From positions 96,001 through 160,000 of the forward strand of contig CAWCUS010000005.1 in the NCBI GenBank assembly GCA_963798845.1: a stretch of DNA of 64,000 nt, written 5' to 3'. The notes below the pieces were generated by a model. The model was given only the letters and a program-made list of their open reading frames with translations. It made no database searches and was not told the DNA's origin. Position numbers and translations under genes: made by a program. Below are positions 28,702-41,993 of the stretch, in pieces. Within the stretch, counting starts at the first letter, position 1. The number at the start of each line of letters is the position of its first letter. The stretch comes from an uncultured Gemmatimonadales bacterium (GTDB taxonomy: Bacteria > Gemmatimonadota > Gemmatimonadetes > Longimicrobiales > RSA9).

Positions 28702-30615
28702 CTACTTGTAGCTGCGCTGCGAAGGCGTGACGTACTCGAACTCCAGGTCTTCCTTGTGGAGCGTGGGCTCCTGCCCCACGCCGTTGAACTCCCATACCGA
28801 CACGTACGAGTAGTTCTCGTCGTCCCGCTTCGCCTCGCCTTCCGGCGTGGTGTGCTCCACGCGGTAGTGGGCGCCGCACGACTCGTCGCGGTCCAGGGCG
28901 TCGTACGCCATGAGCTCGCCGAACTCGAGGAAGTCGGCCAGGCGGCCGGCCTTCTCCAGCTCCTGGTTGATGTTGGCGCCATCGCCCGGGACGCGGACTT
29001 CCTTCCAGAAGCGCTCGCGCAGCTCCGGGATCAGCGTCAGGACCTTCTTCAGCCCCTCGGCGCTCCGGGCCATTCCGACGTACTCCCACATCAGCTTGCC
29101 GAGCTGCTGGTGGAAGTGGTCCACCGTGCTCCCGCCGTTGATGGCCAGCATCCGGGCGGTCTTGTCCTTCACCGCCTGGACGGTGTCCTTGACGGACGGG
29201 TGGTCCGGAGCGATCCCGGAGTGGCCGGCGCGGGCCAGATAGTCGCTCACCGTGGCCGGGAGGACGAAGTAGCCGTCCGCCAGCCCCTGCATGAGCGCGC
29301 TGGCGCCCAGCCGGTTGGCGCCGTGGTCGCTGAAGTTGGCCTCACCGCCCACGAACATGCCCGGGATGGTGCTCTCGAGGTTGTAGTCCACCCACAGCCC
29401 ACCCATGGTGTAATGGGGTGCGGGGTAGATCCGCATCGGCACGTCGTAGGGGTTCTCGCCCGTGATCTTCTCGTACATCTCGAACAGGTTGCCGTAGCGC
29501 TCCGAGATGACGTTGGCGCCCAGACGCTCGATGGGGTCGCGGAAGTCCAGGAAGACCCCGTTCTGCATCGGGCCCACCCCGCGCCCCTCGTCCACCGCCT
29601 CCTTGGCCCGGCGCGACGCGATGTCGCGGGGCGTGAGGTTCCCGAAGCTCGGGTACAGCCGCTCCAGGTAGTAGTCCCGCTCGGACTCGGGGATCTCGCT
29701 GGCCTTGCGTGTGTCCCCGGGCTTCTTGGGCGCCCAGATGCGGCCGTCGTTTCGAAGCGACTCGCTCATGAGCGTGAGCTTGGACTGGTAGTGGCCGCTC
29801 GGCGGGATGCACGTGGGGTGGATCTGCGTGTAGCACGGGTTGGCGAAGCCGGCTCCGCGCTTGTGCGCTCTCCACGCTGCGGTGACGTTGCACCCCTTCG
29901 CGTTCGTGGAGAGGAAGAAGACGTTGCTGTAGCCTCCGGTCGCCAGGACGACGACGTCGCCCACGTGCGGCTCGATCTCCCCCGTCACCATGTCCCGGGC
30001 GACGATCCCGACCGCGCGCCCGTCGGCGAGGATCACGTCGAGCATCTCGTGCCGGTTGTACGTGGTGACCGTACCCTCGGCGACCTGTCGCTGGAGCGCC
30101 TGGTAGCAGCCGAGCAGCAGCTGCTGACCCGTCTGCCCCCGGGCGTAGAACGTCCGGGCGACCTGGGCGCCGCCGAAGGAGCGGTTGTCCAGCAGGCCGC
30201 CGTACTCCCGGGCGAACGGTACGCCCTGGGCCACGGCCTGGTCGATGATGTTCAGGCTGAGCTGCGACAGCCGGTAGACGTTGGACTCCCGGGAGCGGAA
30301 GTCACCGCCCTTCACGGTGTCATAGAACAGCCGGAAGACGCTGTCGCCGTCGTTGCGGTAGTTCTTTGCCGCGTTGATCCCGCCCTGCGCCGCGATGCTG
30401 TGGGCGCGCCGCGGGCTGTCCTGGTAGAAGAAGCACTTGACGTTGTATCCCATCTCGCCGAGCGTCGCCGCGGCGGCGCCCCCGGCGAGACCGGAGCCGA
30501 CGACGATGACCTGGTATTTCCGGCGGTTGGCCGGGTTCACAAGCTTCATGGAGAACTTGTGATTGTCCCACTGGTCGCTGATCGGACCCGGCGGGACTTT
30601 GGCGTTGAGTTCCAT
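28702..30615 (-). CDS. sdhA: Succinate dehydrogenase/fumarate reductase flavoprotein subunit
   Basis: [19 protein letters not shown] (covalent FAD His), QIHPT, HYTMGG, HGANRLG, ESCGAH. Start MELNAK. Confidence 0.96.
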   Translation of the reverse strand: MELNAKVPPGPISDQWDNHKFSMKLVNPANRRKYQVIVVGSGLAGGAAAATLGEMGYNVKCFFYQDSPRRAHSIAAQGGINAAKNYRNDGDSVFRLFYDTVKGGDFRSRESNVYRLSQLSLNIIDQAVAQGVPFAREYGGLLDNRSFGGAQVARTFYARGQTGQQLLLGCYQALQRQVAEGTVTTYNRHEMLDVILADGRAVGIVARDMVTGEIEPHVGDVVVLATGGYSNVFFLSTNAKGCNVTAAWRAHKRGAGFANPCYTQIHPTCIPPSGHYQSKLTLMSESLRNDGRIWAPKKPGDTRKASEIPESERDYYLERLYPSFGNLTPRDIASRRAKEAVDEGRGVGPMQNGVFLDFRDPIERLGANVISERYGNLFEMYEKITGENPYDVPMRIYPAPHYTMGGLWVDYNLESTIPGMFVGGEANFSDHGANRLGASALMQGLADGYFVLPATVSDYLARAGHSGIAPDHPSVKDTVQAVKDKTARMLAINGGSTVDHFHQQLGKLMWEYVGMARSAEGLKKVLTLIPELRERFWKEVRVPGDGANINQELEKAGRLADFLEFGELMAYDALDRDESCGAHYRVEHTTPEGEAKRDDENYSYVSVWEFNGVGQEPTLHKEDLEFEYVTPSQRSYK

Positions 30616-31313
30616 CACGAAAGCACCCCCATCGCCACGCCCAGCGGGATCGACAGGTATCCGACCGCGATCAGGATGGCGATCGCGGCGGCCGTCGGCC
30701 GACGGTAGCGGTTGTATGTCGGATTGTTGATGCCGAACGTCTGCATGGCGCTCCACAGCCCGTGATACAGGTGCATCCCGAGGGCGACCACGCCGATGAC
30801 GTAGAACACCGTCACCCACCAGACGTGGAATCCCGCGATGGCGTTCTCATACGGGTTGGCGCGCTGGAACCGGTAGGCCACGTCCGGGTGGATGGTGCCC
30901 GTGGTCAGGTGAAGGAGGTGGAAGACCACGAACGCGAGGATCGCGATCCCGCCCCACAACATCGCGCGCGACATCCAGCTGAAGACCTGCGGGTCGTACT
31001 TCCGATAACCATGCGTGCGCGCGCGCCGCGTGCGGAGCCAGAGCAGGTAGTACGCGCCCACATGGACGAGGAACGCGGCGATGAGCAGCACGCGCACGAT
31101 CCACAGCACCGTCTTGCTGGGGAAGAGCGGGCTTCCCACCGTCCGCAGCCATTCCGCGTAGTGGTTGAAAGGCTCCTCGCCGAGGAAGATCTTCAGGTTC
31201 CCGGCAAGGTGCAGGATGACGAAGAGGAACAGGATCAGGGACGCGGAAGCCATCAGCAGCTTCTTGCCGATGGACGTCGCCCGGATCGGGACGGTGGTCG
31301 CCGGTTGGGACAT
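30615..31313 (-). CDS. sdhC: Succinate dehydrogenase cytochrome b558 anchor (single-subunit type)
   Basis: [15 protein letters not shown] and conserved His residues (VH, FHLLH, HLYHG); five TM segments; directly upstream of sdhA. Confidence 0.92.
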   Translation of the reverse strand: MSQPATTVPIRATSIGKKLLMASASLILFLFVILHLAGNLKIFLGEEPFNHYAEWLRTVGSPLFPSKTVLWIVRVLLIAAFLVHVGAYYLLWLRTRRARTHGYRKYDPQVFSWMSRAMLWGGIAILAFVVFHLLHLTTGTIHPDVAYRFQRANPYENAIAGFHVWWVTVFYVIGVVALGMHLYHGLWSAMQTFGINNPTYNRYRRPTAAAIAILIAVGYLSIPLGVAMGVLS

Positions 31314-31323
31314 GGGGTCAGCC

Positions 31324-32250
31324 TCAGTCCAGCGCGGCCATCGTCTCACGCACCGCCGCCGCGCTCTTCGCCAGGGCCGCCTTCTCGTCGGCCGTGAGAT
31401 CGACCTCGATGATCTCCTCGATGCCGTTCCGCCCCAGCTTGCAGGGCACGCCCAGGAAGATCCCGGACTCGCCGTACTCGCCCTGGAGCCAGGCGGCGCA
31501 GGGGAGGATCCGCTTCTTGTCCAGCACGATGGCCTCGGCCATCTGCGCGGACGCGGCGCCCGGCGCGTAGTAGGCGCTGCCGGTCTTCAGGTGGGCGACG
31601 ATCTCGCCGCCGCCCTTGCGGGTCCGCTCGACGATCGCCTCGAGACGGTCGGGCTTGATGAAGTGCGTCACCGGGATCCCGCTCACTGTGGTCATGCTGA
31701 CCACGGGCACCATGCTGTCGCCGTGACCGCCGAGAACGAGCGCCTGGATGTCCTCCACGCTGACATCCATCTCCATGGAGAGGAACGTCCGGAAGCGAGC
31801 GGTATCCAGCACGCCGGCCATGCCGATCACCCGCTCGCGCGGGAACCCGGTGGTCTCCTTCGCCACGTAGACCATCACGTCCAGCGGGTTCGACACCATG
31901 ATGATGATCGCATCCGGTGACGTCCGCTTGACGTTCTCCGACACGTCGCGAACGATGCCCGCGTTGGTCTTCAGCAGATCGTCGCGGCTCATCCCGGGCT
32001 TCCGGGCGATTCCGGCGGTTATGACGACGATCTCGGAGCCGGCCGACGCCTCGTAGTCGTTCGCGCCGATGATGCGCGCATCGAACCCTTCTATCGGGGC
32101 GGACTCGTACATGTCCAGCCCTTTGCCCTGCGGGATTCCCTCCGCGATATCGACCATCACGACTTCGCGGGCGAGGTGACGCCGAGCGATGCCCTGGGCG
32201 GCGGTCGCGCCGACGTGGCCCGCACCTACCACCGTGATCTTGCCAACCAT
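31324..32250 (-). CDS. mdh: Malate dehydrogenase (LDH-like type)
   Basis: [46 protein letters not shown]. Confidence 0.97.
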   Translation of the reverse strand: MVGKITVVGAGHVGATAAQGIARRHLAREVVMVDIAEGIPQGKGLDMYESAPIEGFDARIIGANDYEASAGSEIVVITAGIARKPGMSRDDLLKTNAGIVRDVSENVKRTSPDAIIIMVSNPLDVMVYVAKETTGFPRERVIGMAGVLDTARFRTFLSMEMDVSVEDIQALVLGGHGDSMVPVVSMTTVSGIPVTHFIKPDRLEAIVERTRKGGGEIVAHLKTGSAYYAPGAASAQMAEAIVLDKKRILPCAAWLQGEYGESGIFLGVPCKLGRNGIEEIIEVDLTADEKAALAKSAAAVRETMAALD

Positions 32251-32291
32251 GGTTGTCGCCTTTTTCACATGGAATCTGGAACAGCGCGGGC

Positions 32292-32320
32292 AACGTAGGA
32301 ATGCCGTATCCGGGTGTCAA
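32292..32320 (-). promoter_or_regulatory. Putative sigma70 promoter of mdh-sdhCAB
   Basis: TTGACA-N17-TACGTT on the minus strand. Confidence 0.75.
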
Positions 32321-32491
32321 CGAAACGCGTGGCGGCGGCGGGCGGGGCGCCGGTAGCTTCCGGCCCCCCCGACGTCAGGCCGAGCCGCGGAGGCGTGAAG
32401 AGGTCGCCTCTCCAGGAACGCCGGGCCGCTCGACGACTGCCGAGAGGACCCGCGGTTCCGCGGCGCCCGTCTCCGCGGGAGCGGGCGGGCG

Positions 32492-33472
32492 TTACCCGCC
32501 GATCTGGGAGAGGGCGAGGAGACCGCCCGAACCCTGGTCGCTGCCCTGGACCAGGTGGTGCCGCTCGGGCTTGATGTGAAGGGCCTTCCGGATCAGCGGC
32601 TCCAGCGGCTCGCCCCCGCGCAGGGGGTCGCGGAGCGGGACGTGGAGGTCGCCGAAGAGGCAGGGCCGGAGCTGACCGTCGGCGGTCAGTCGCATGCGGT
32701 TGCAGGTGTCGCAGTAATTGTGGCTCATGGGCGTGATCACGCCCACCGAGCCCGCGCCGCCGGGGAAGCGGAAGTAGGCGGCCGGTCCGTTCCCGTGAGG
32801 GCCGATCCCGGGCTGGAGGTCGCCCACGCCGCGGACCCGCTGGAGGATCTCGGGGGCCGGCACGTACTCGTGCGCCGAGACGTCCAGATTCTCGCCCACG
32901 GGCATGACCTCAATGAAGCGCACGTGCAGCGGCCGGTCGAGGGTGAGGCGCGCGAAATCGGCGATCTCGTCGTCGTTGCGTCCGCGCATGACCACGACGT
33001 TCACCTTGATCGGGTGGAACCCCACGCGCTCGGCCGCGGCCAGGCCCCGCATGATCTGGAGGAATGAGCCGGGGCGCCGGGCGATCGCGTCCACCCGCTC
33101 GGGCCGCAGCGAGTCGAGAGATATGTTGACGCGCCGAAGCCCGGCGTCATGGAGCTCGTCGGCCATGTCTCCCAGGAGCACGGCGTTCGTGGACAGGGCC
33201 ACGTCGTCGATCCCCGGCACGCCCGCCAGCATGGCGACCAGGCGTGTGACGTCGCGGCGGACGAGGGGCTCGCCGCCCGTGATCCGGACTCGCCGGAGCC
33301 CCATCGGGGCCATGGTGGCGACGATCTCGCGGATCTCCTCGTAGGAGAGCAGATCCGATCGCTTCAGCCACGGCAGCCCGTGCAGGGGCATGCAGTAGAC
33401 ACAGCGCAGGTTGCACTTGTCCGTGACCGAGATGCGGAGGTACTCGATCCGCCGGCCGAACTGGTCGCGCAT
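32492..33472 (-). CDS. moaA: GTP 3',8-cyclase (molybdenum cofactor biosynthesis)
   Basis: YLRISVTDKCNLRCVYC radical SAM motif, TGGEP, C-x2-CNR-x-R...C, C-terminal IGG. Start MRDQFGR. Confidence 0.97.
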   Translation of the reverse strand: MRDQFGRRIEYLRISVTDKCNLRCVYCMPLHGLPWLKRSDLLSYEEIREIVATMAPMGLRRVRITGGEPLVRRDVTRLVAMLAGVPGIDDVALSTNAVLLGDMADELHDAGLRRVNISLDSLRPERVDAIARRPGSFLQIMRGLAAAERVGFHPIKVNVVVMRGRNDDEIADFARLTLDRPLHVRFIEVMPVGENLDVSAHEYVPAPEILQRVRGVGDLQPGIGPHGNGPAAYFRFPGGAGSVGVITPMSHNYCDTCNRMRLTADGQLRPCLFGDLHVPLRDPLRGGEPLEPLIRKALHIKPERHHLVQGSDQGSGGLLALSQIGG

Positions 33473-33479
33473 GTTCGCT

Positions 33480-33926
33480 TCACTCACCGGCCACCTCCGC
33501 GTTCGGGGTGCTGCCTTCGAGCCACCGCGACTCGCCCTCCACGTAGTGCTCCCGCTTCCACACGGGCAACCGCTTCTTGATCTCCTCGATGACGTAGCGC
33601 ACCGCGTCGAAGGACTCGGCCCGGTGCGGACTGGACGCGGCGATGGCGACGCTGGCTTCCTCGATGCCGAGCTCGCCCACGCGGTGGACCACGGCGATGC
33701 GCTCGCTCCCCAGGCGCTCCGCCGCTTCGCCCGCGATGGCACGGAGCACGTTCTGCGCCATCCCCTCGTACGCGGAGTACGAGACGCCGCTCACCGGCCG
33801 ATCGTCGTTGTGATCCCGAACGGTGCCGACGAACAGGAGCGCGGCGCCATCGCTCGGCCCGCCCACTCGCCCGAGCACCTGCCCCGGATCGATGGGATCG
33901 GACGTCAGCCAGGCGAGGACGCTCAT
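33480..33926 (-). CDS. moaE: Molybdopterin synthase catalytic subunit
   Basis: GAALLFVGTVR, HRVGEL, SSPHR, PVWKRE. Confidence 0.95.
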   Translation of the reverse strand: MSVLAWLTSDPIDPGQVLGRVGGPSDGAALLFVGTVRDHNDDRPVSGVSYSAYEGMAQNVLRAIAGEAAERLGSERIAVVHRVGELGIEEASVAIAASSPHRAESFDAVRYVIEEIKKRLPVWKREHYVEGESRWLEGSTPNAEVAGE

Positions 33927-34165
33927 CCGCCCGCCACCGGCGGAAGCAGCGCCACCTCGTCGCCGTCGGCCAGCGGTGCGGCGAGGGGAGCGTACGCCTG
34001 GTTCACGGCCACGACCGGCTCCGGAGGGAGTCGATGGAGCTCACCGGTGGCGCGGAGCCGACGGACCAGGTCGCCGGCCGTGGATCCGGGATCGAGCTCC
34101 AGCTCGAGCTCGTCGGTGCCGGCCAGGTCCCGGTAGGTGGCGAAGAAGAGTGTTCGGATGCGCAT
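33923..34165 (-). CDS. moaD: Molybdopterin synthase sulfur carrier subunit
   Basis: 80 aa; LFFA, VAVNQ, GDEVALLPPVAGG. Confidence 0.95.
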   Translation of the reverse strand: MRIRTLFFATYRDLAGTDELELELDPGSTAGDLVRRLRATGELHRLPPEPVVAVNQAYAPLAAPLADGDEVALLPPVAGG

Positions 34166-34172
34166 GTCTGGA

Positions 34173-34202
34173 AAGATACCCGCGGTCGCGGGCGGGGTTC
34201 AA
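34173..34202 (-). promoter_or_regulatory. Putative promoter immediately upstream of moaD
   Basis: TTGAAC-N18-TATCTT; the -10 ends 7 nt before the ATG. Confidence 0.5.
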
Positions 34203-34260
34203 CGGGGCCTTGCGGCGTTCTGACGCCCGGAGGCGCGGCTCCCCCCGCGGCGGCGCTGGC

Positions 34261-34788
34261 TCAGGCGCTGGACGCGACGTCCGGGCCCGCGGCCGCGGCG
34301 TCGCCCGCGACTTCCGCGCGGATCTCACGGACCATCTGGATCGCGCGCTGGTTCACGAGGATGTCGCCCAGCAGCTTCCGGCGGGGCCTCAGCTCTGCGT
34401 TGCGCAGCGGAACGAAATGGGGCGCGGAATGGAGGTAGTCGGTGATCCGCTGGTTCGGGACGAGCAGCAGGCCCGCCGCGATCAGGTAGCCGCCTTCCAG
34501 CTCGACCTGGACCCGCCTCGACGTGGCGGCGGCGAGGGCGCTGGTGAGCGGGAGCGAGCCGTCCTCCGAAGAGGCCCACAGGATATGGTCCACCTTGAGC
34601 GCGAGATGGGGCACCGCCGCACCGGTCCCGATCCAGTCGACGGCAGTCAGGTTGAGGTAGCGGCTCCGGCTGGCGAGGTACGTGGCCAGGTACTGCCCGC
34701 GCGGAACGCGGGCGCTCGCGTCCAGCACGCGGTGGTCACGCAGGAAGATCCGCAGCCGTTGCGGAGCGTTGGTGTCGTTCGGATTCAC
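34261..34788 (-). CDS. Hypothetical protein with two tandem ~65-aa domains (possibly DUF6812-like)
   Basis: Plausible coding ORF with internal duplication: QYLATYLASRSRYLNL vs QRITDYLHSAPHFVPL. Family assignment is from memory and unverified. Confidence 0.7.
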   Translation of the reverse strand: MNPNDTNAPQRLRIFLRDHRVLDASARVPRGQYLATYLASRSRYLNLTAVDWIGTGAAVPHLALKVDHILWASSEDGSLPLTSALAAATSRRVQVELEGGYLIAAGLLLVPNQRITDYLHSAPHFVPLRNAELRPRRKLLGDILVNQRAIQMVREIRAEVAGDAAAAGPDVASSA

Positions 34789-34911
34789 TGCTGATCCTGA
34801 AGTGCGGGCGACCCTTCATAGAGTGAGCGAGCGGTCCGTCTTCTGCGCCCGGCACGAGTACCGTCGCGGGCTTTCTCCGGCGCGGAGCGAGCGGGTGAGG
34901 AGCGGCGCTCC

Positions 34912-34940
34912 ATGTTAGGAGGCGCCGACCTGGAAGGCAA
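34912..34940 (-). promoter_or_regulatory. Putative sigma70 promoter of the tandem-domain gene
   Basis: TTGCCT-N17-TAACAT on the minus strand. Confidence 0.5.
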
Positions 34941-34964
34941 GGCGGAAAAGCGCTCGCGCGAGCG

Positions 34965-36461
34965 TCAACGCCAGCCCCGATCGCGCCAGCGCGAGCGGGT
35001 CTCTCCACCTTCGCCGCCAGGTTCCATGCGATGGACCGCCCGCCGCTCCCGCTCCTCTTCCGCCAGCAGCGCGGCCGCGAGCGCCGAGGCCCGGAGCGAC
35101 TCGCCGTCGGGGGTCCCGTTCAGCAGCTCGGGGTGTCGCTCGATGTAGCGGATGTCGATACGACCGGCCGCGAAGTCCGGCTCCATCAGCACGCGCTGAT
35201 GGAAGGGCGCGCTGGTCTCGATCCCGACCACGCGCAGCTCTCTCAACGCTCGCAGCATCCGTGCAATGGCGAGCCCCCGGTCGGGCGCGTGGACGATGAG
35301 CTTGGCGAGCATCGGGTCGTAGAAGAGGGAGACCTCGTCGCCTTCCTGAACGCCGCCGTCCCAGCGCACCCCGGGCCCGGTGGGCAGGTCGAGACGCTCG
35401 ATCCGGCCGCTCGAAGGGAGGAAGCCGTTGGACGGGTCCTCGCTCGTGATCCGGCACTCGATGGCGTGCCCGTCCAGGCGCACGTCCACCTGCCCGAAGG
35501 AAAGCGGCTCCCCCGAGGCCACCCGGATCTGCCACTGGACCAGGTCCACGCCGGTGACCAGCTCCGTCACCGGATGCTCCACCTGGATGCGGGTGTTCAT
35601 CTCCAGGAAGTAGTATTCACCACCCCGGAAGAGGAATTCGACGGTGCCCGCGTTCCGGTAGCCCACCGCGCGCGCCGCCGCCACCGCCGCGGCCCCCATG
35701 GCGCCGCGGACCTCCGGGGTGATGGCCACCGAGGGGCACTCCTCGATCATCTTCTGGTGGCGCCGCTGGATCGAGCACTCACGCTCGCCCAGGTGCACCA
35801 CGTGGCCGTGGCCGTCCGCCAGCACCTGGATCTCGATGTGCCGGGGCCCGTCCAGGAACTTCTCCATGTACACGCTGTCGTCCCCGAACGACGCCCTCGC
35901 CTCACGCGACGCCGCGCCGAACGCCGCGCTCATCTCCCCTGCTCCCCGGACCGCCCGCATCCCCTTCCCGCCCCCACCGGCCGCCGCCTTGAGCATGACC
36001 GGGTAGCCGATCTCCGCAGCCACCGCCTCGGCGTGGCCCGCGTCGCGGAGCGCCTCGGTCGTGCCCGGGACCACGGGGACGCCGGCACCCTGCATGGCCT
36101 GGCGCGCCCGCGTCTTGTCGCCCATGGCCTCGATGGCGCTGGCCGGCGGCCCGATGAAGGCGAGCCCCGCCTCCTCCACGGCGCGGGCGAAGGGGGCGCG
36201 CTCGGAGAGGAAGCCGTAGCCCGGGTGGACGGCGTCACAGCCGCGCTCCAGCGCGACCTCGACCAGGCGTTCGGTCAGCAGGTAGCTCTCGGACGCCTGG
36301 GGCGGCCCGATCCGGATGGCCTGGTCGGCGGCGAGGACGTGGGGCGCGAGACGGTCGGCGTCGGAGTAGACGGCGACGCTCTCCACTCCCAGCTCCCGGC
36401 ACGCCCGGATCACCCGCAGCGCGATCTCGCCGCGGTTCGCGACCAGCACCCGCCTGATCAC
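34965..36461 (-). CDS. accC: Biotin carboxylase subunit of an acyl-CoA carboxylase (no biotinyl domain)
   Basis: [58 protein letters not shown]. Confidence 0.93.
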   Translation of the reverse strand: MIRRVLVANRGEIALRVIRACRELGVESVAVYSDADRLAPHVLAADQAIRIGPPQASESYLLTERLVEVALERGCDAVHPGYGFLSERAPFARAVEEAGLAFIGPPASAIEAMGDKTRARQAMQGAGVPVVPGTTEALRDAGHAEAVAAEIGYPVMLKAAAGGGGKGMRAVRGAGEMSAAFGAASREARASFGDDSVYMEKFLDGPRHIEIQVLADGHGHVVHLGERECSIQRRHQKMIEECPSVAITPEVRGAMGAAAVAAARAVGYRNAGTVEFLFRGGEYYFLEMNTRIQVEHPVTELVTGVDLVQWQIRVASGEPLSFGQVDVRLDGHAIECRITSEDPSNGFLPSSGRIERLDLPTGPGVRWDGGVQEGDEVSLFYDPMLAKLIVHAPDRGLAIARMLRALRELRVVGIETSAPFHQRVLMEPDFAAGRIDIRYIERHPELLNGTPDGESLRASALAAALLAEEERERRAVHRMEPGGEGGETRSRWRDRGWR

Positions 36462-38008
36462 AGGGGGATGTTCCCGTGCTTCTTCCAGGGGTTCTCGTCC
36501 CTCTTGTCGCGCAGCATGTCGAGCGCGCTGATCAGGCGGGGCCGTGTCTCGCGAGGGTCGATCACGTCGTCCACATAGCCGCGCGCGGCCGCGATGTATG
36601 GGTGGGCGAACCGCTCCCGGTACTCGGCCTCCTTGGCCACGGTTTCCGCCTCCGGGTCCTTCGCCTCCGCGATCTGCTTCCGGAACAGGATCTCCACCGC
36701 CCCCTTCGGTCCCATGACGGCGATCTCGGCCGTGGGCCAGGCGAGATTGATGTCCCCCCGGATGTGCTTGGAGTTCATGACGTCGTACGCGCCGCCGTAC
36801 GCCTTGCGCGTGATCACCGTGACCTTGGGCACCGTCGCTTCCGAGAATGCGAAGAGAAGCTTGGCGCCGTGGCGGATGATGCCACCGTGCTCCTGCGCCA
36901 CGCCCGGGAGGAAGCCGGGCACATCCTCGAAGACCACCAGCGGTATGTTGAACGCGTCGCAGAAGCGGACGAACCGCGCACCCTTGTCGGAGCTGTTGAT
37001 GTCCAGCACGCCGGCGAGCACCGCGGGCTGGTTCGCAATGATCCCGATGCTGCGGCCGCCCAGGTGCGCGAAGCCGACCACGATGTTCTGGGCGTACTCC
37101 GCGTGGACTTCGTAGAAATCGCCTTCGTCCACCACGCGCCGGATGACTTCGTGGATGTCGTACGGCTTCGTGGGCTCGTCGGGAACCACGTCCAGGAGCT
37201 CCTCGTCCTGGCGATCGAACGGGTCGTCGCTCGACCGCACCGGCGGGTCCTCGCGGTTGTTCTGGGGCAGGTATCTGAAGAGCCGCCGCACCGCTTCCAG
37301 CGCCTCCATCTCGGAGTCGTGGACGAAATGGGCCACCCCGGACGTGCCGGCGTGCACGTCCGCCCCGCCCAGCCCTTCCATGTCGACGTCCTCATGGGTC
37401 ACCGTCTTCACCACGTTCGGCCCGGTCACGAACATGTAGCTCGTGCCGCGCACCATGTAGACGAAGTCGGTGATCGCCGGCGAGTACACGGCGCCGCCGG
37501 CGCACGGCCCCAGGACCACGCTGACCTGCGGCACGACGCCCGAGGCCAGCGTGTTGCGGAGGAAGATGTCCGCATAACCGCCCAGGCTGACCACCCCTTC
37601 CTGGATGCGCGCGCCGCCGCTGTCGTTCAGCCCCACCAGCGGAGCTCCGTTCTTGAGCGCCAGCTCCTGGATCTTCACGATCTTCTCGGCGTGCGCTTCC
37701 GAGAGGGAGCCGCCGAAAACGGTGAAGTCCTGGCTGAACACGTAGACCAGCCGACCGTGGATGGTGCCGTAGCCGGTGACGACGCCGTCACCCAGGTACT
37801 TCTGGTCCTCCAGCCCGAAGCCGGCGGTGCGGTGGGTCACGAACCGGTCCAGCTCCACGAAGCTGTCCTCGTCGAGGAGCAGGTCCAGCCGCTCGCGCGC
37901 GGACAGCTTCCCCCGGTCGTGCTGCGCCTTCAGGCGACGCTCCCCGCCGCCGAGCCTGGCCTGGCGGCGCCGCTCCTCCAGCTCCTTCACCTTGTCGCGC
38001 ATGCTCAT
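36458..38008 (-). CDS. pccB: Acyl-CoA (propionyl-CoA) carboxylase carboxyltransferase subunit
   Basis: [53 protein letters not shown]. Confidence 0.93.
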   Translation of the reverse strand: MSMRDKVKELEERRRQARLGGGERRLKAQHDRGKLSARERLDLLLDEDSFVELDRFVTHRTAGFGLEDQKYLGDGVVTGYGTIHGRLVYVFSQDFTVFGGSLSEAHAEKIVKIQELALKNGAPLVGLNDSGGARIQEGVVSLGGYADIFLRNTLASGVVPQVSVVLGPCAGGAVYSPAITDFVYMVRGTSYMFVTGPNVVKTVTHEDVDMEGLGGADVHAGTSGVAHFVHDSEMEALEAVRRLFRYLPQNNREDPPVRSSDDPFDRQDEELLDVVPDEPTKPYDIHEVIRRVVDEGDFYEVHAEYAQNIVVGFAHLGGRSIGIIANQPAVLAGVLDINSSDKGARFVRFCDAFNIPLVVFEDVPGFLPGVAQEHGGIIRHGAKLLFAFSEATVPKVTVITRKAYGGAYDVMNSKHIRGDINLAWPTAEIAVMGPKGAVEILFRKQIAEAKDPEAETVAKEAEYRERFAHPYIAAARGYVDDVIDPRETRPRLISALDMLRDKRDENPWKKHGNIPL

Positions 38009-39564
38009 CGCCGCAAGCCCCCGACGCTGTCGGCACTCGCGGCCCCGGCGGGCGTCGCGAATTCCCAGGGCACCGGCGCCGGCTGGAGCGACCCGCTGCG
38101 GATCACCACCAGGAACGGCGTATGAACCACCTGACCGCCGCGCACCGAGAGCACGCCGGTCGCCCCCTGCACACCCGCGAGGAAGCCGAAGCCGCGCGCC
38201 GTGGCCGCCGGCGAGACGTCCCGGTTCGGCAGCGCCTGGAGGAGCAGGTGCGCGGCGTCGTAGCCGAGGGCCGGGAGCTGGTTGCTCAGGGTGTGCCGGT
38301 ACTCGCCCTCGTACAGGTGCACGAACCCCGGAGTGGCCAGGCCGTCCGCCTGCCCGGGCGGCAGGTGAGAGATGGCGACCACGCCCTCGAGGTCGCGATC
38401 GGGCACGAGCCTGCGCACGGGCGCCACCGTCCAGCTGTCGCCTCCGAACACCTGCACTCCTGCCGAGTCCAGACCGTAGAACGACACCTGTGGCGCGATC
38501 TGGGGCACGTCGCGCTGCGGCGCGGCGACGAACAGGGCGAACGACCGTTCCCCGGGCGCGGCGTGCACCGCGGCAAGGATCCCCTCGAGGTGATCGCCGA
38601 ACGTGGTGGTGCCGGAGTCGTACGGGACCGTGGCCATCACGCGTCCGCCCCTGCCGCCGAACGAGCTCGCGAACGCGCTCGCCTGCCGCTGGTATTCGGG
38701 CGAGTTCAGGTACAGGATCGCCGCCCGTCCCCGCACCAGATCGGCCGCATAGCGGCCAAGCTCTTCCGCTCCCTGGACATCGCCCCCGCTCACGGTGTAC
38801 GCCCGCCGCAGCCCCTGCGGGAGATCGGGGACGGTCGGGCTCACCAGCATCAGCTGGTCGTCCCGCCGCGCGGCGGCGGCTTCCAGCATCTGCTGTGGGA
38901 GGAGCGGACCCACCACCGCCGCCACGCCCCGTCGCTCCAGCTCCGCGATCGCGTCCCGCGTGCGCACGCCGCCGCCGTCATCCGCCACGACCAGCTCGAT
39001 CCGGCGACCTTGCGTACGCTCCGCTTCCTGCACCGCCAGCCGGATCCCCTCCAGCACCCAGTCGGCATACCGCACCAGGATCCGCGAACCCGTCCGCGGG
39101 AGCACCGCGCCCACCAGCGCCGGCCCCGCGGGCGCCTTCATCGCGTCGGCCGCCAGCGCCGCCAGCGTTCTCGCCGAGTCCGTCGCGGCCGGGCTCAGCT
39201 CCGGTGACGCCGCAACGCGGGAAGCGAAAGTGCTCGCGTCCTCGTACCGGCCGAGCGCGTACGCGGATCGGGCTGCCAGCCAGCGGGCGTCCGGCGCCGC
39301 TGCGCTCGCCGGGTACGCGGCGGCTACCCGTCCCGCCAGCTCCAGTGCCGAGTCCAGCGCCGTCGCCTCGTAGGCCGCCCGGGCCCGCTCCAGCAGCTCC
39401 GCCGCCGCCTCACCGTCGCCCGGCCTCGGCGCCTCCACCGCCGCCGCCGTACGGTCGCCGGCGCTGTCCGCACCCGCCCCCGGCCCCGGCCGGCCCGCCG
39501 CAGGTGGCTCCCCCACCGAGCACGCCAGCGCGGCCACCACCACTGCGGTGGCCAGCATCTTCAT
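38005..39564 (-). CDS. Lipoprotein with a TPR-like N-terminus and type-1 periplasmic-binding fold (LpoA/LppC-like)
   Basis: [15 protein letters not shown] lipobox; helical repeat region; [23 protein letters not shown] motifs. Confidence 0.75.
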   Translation of the reverse strand: MKMLATAVVVAALACSVGEPPAAGRPGPGAGADSAGDRTAAAVEAPRPGDGEAAAELLERARAAYEATALDSALELAGRVAAAYPASAAAPDARWLAARSAYALGRYEDASTFASRVAASPELSPAATDSARTLAALAADAMKAPAGPALVGAVLPRTGSRILVRYADWVLEGIRLAVQEAERTQGRRIELVVADDGGGVRTRDAIAELERRGVAAVVGPLLPQQMLEAAAARRDDQLMLVSPTVPDLPQGLRRAYTVSGGDVQGAEELGRYAADLVRGRAAILYLNSPEYQRQASAFASSFGGRGGRVMATVPYDSGTTTFGDHLEGILAAVHAAPGERSFALFVAAPQRDVPQIAPQVSFYGLDSAGVQVFGGDSWTVAPVRRLVPDRDLEGVVAISHLPPGQADGLATPGFVHLYEGEYRHTLSNQLPALGYDAAHLLLQALPNRDVSPAATARGFGFLAGVQGATGVLSVRGGQVVHTPFLVVIRSGSLQPAPVPWEFATPAGAASADSVGGLRR

Positions 39565-39639
39565 TCGATTCAAGCCTCTCCTCGATCCGCTGCGTCCACG
39601 CTCCGTCGATCGCGGGAAACTACCCGTGCGACGCCGACG

Positions 39640-39675
39640 AAAAAAGGGAGGCGGGCCGCCGGCGGCCCGCCTCCC
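39640..39675 (-). terminator. Rho-independent terminator of rpsA
   Basis: GGGAGGCGGGCCGC / GCGGCCCGCCTCCC perfect inverted repeat followed by T6 on the minus strand. Confidence 0.88.
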
Positions 39676-39700
39676 CTCGTGCCTGGGCTCTCCCGGGAGC

Positions 39701-41872
<2,172 letters not shown>

Positions 41873-41928
41873 GTCCTGGATGCCCTCGTGCGCCGCTGGA
41901 CCGCGAAGGGCCCCCGACGGTTCGCGTG

Positions 41929-41956
41929 AAAAAAAGGGGCGCGCCTCCCGCGCCCC
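41929..41956 (-). terminator. Terminator-like hairpin inside the rpsA 5' leader
   Basis: GGGGCGCG-GGAGG-CGCGCCCC followed by T7 on the minus strand. Confidence 0.6.
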
Positions 41957-41993
41957 GCACCCGCCCCCTTCCTGCAGGGCTGGTTAGCCTTTC

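Noticed and set aside
34166..34260. Moco riboswitch upstream of moaD
   Set aside because: The spacer is too short, has no recognisable motif, and the promoter abuts the start codon.
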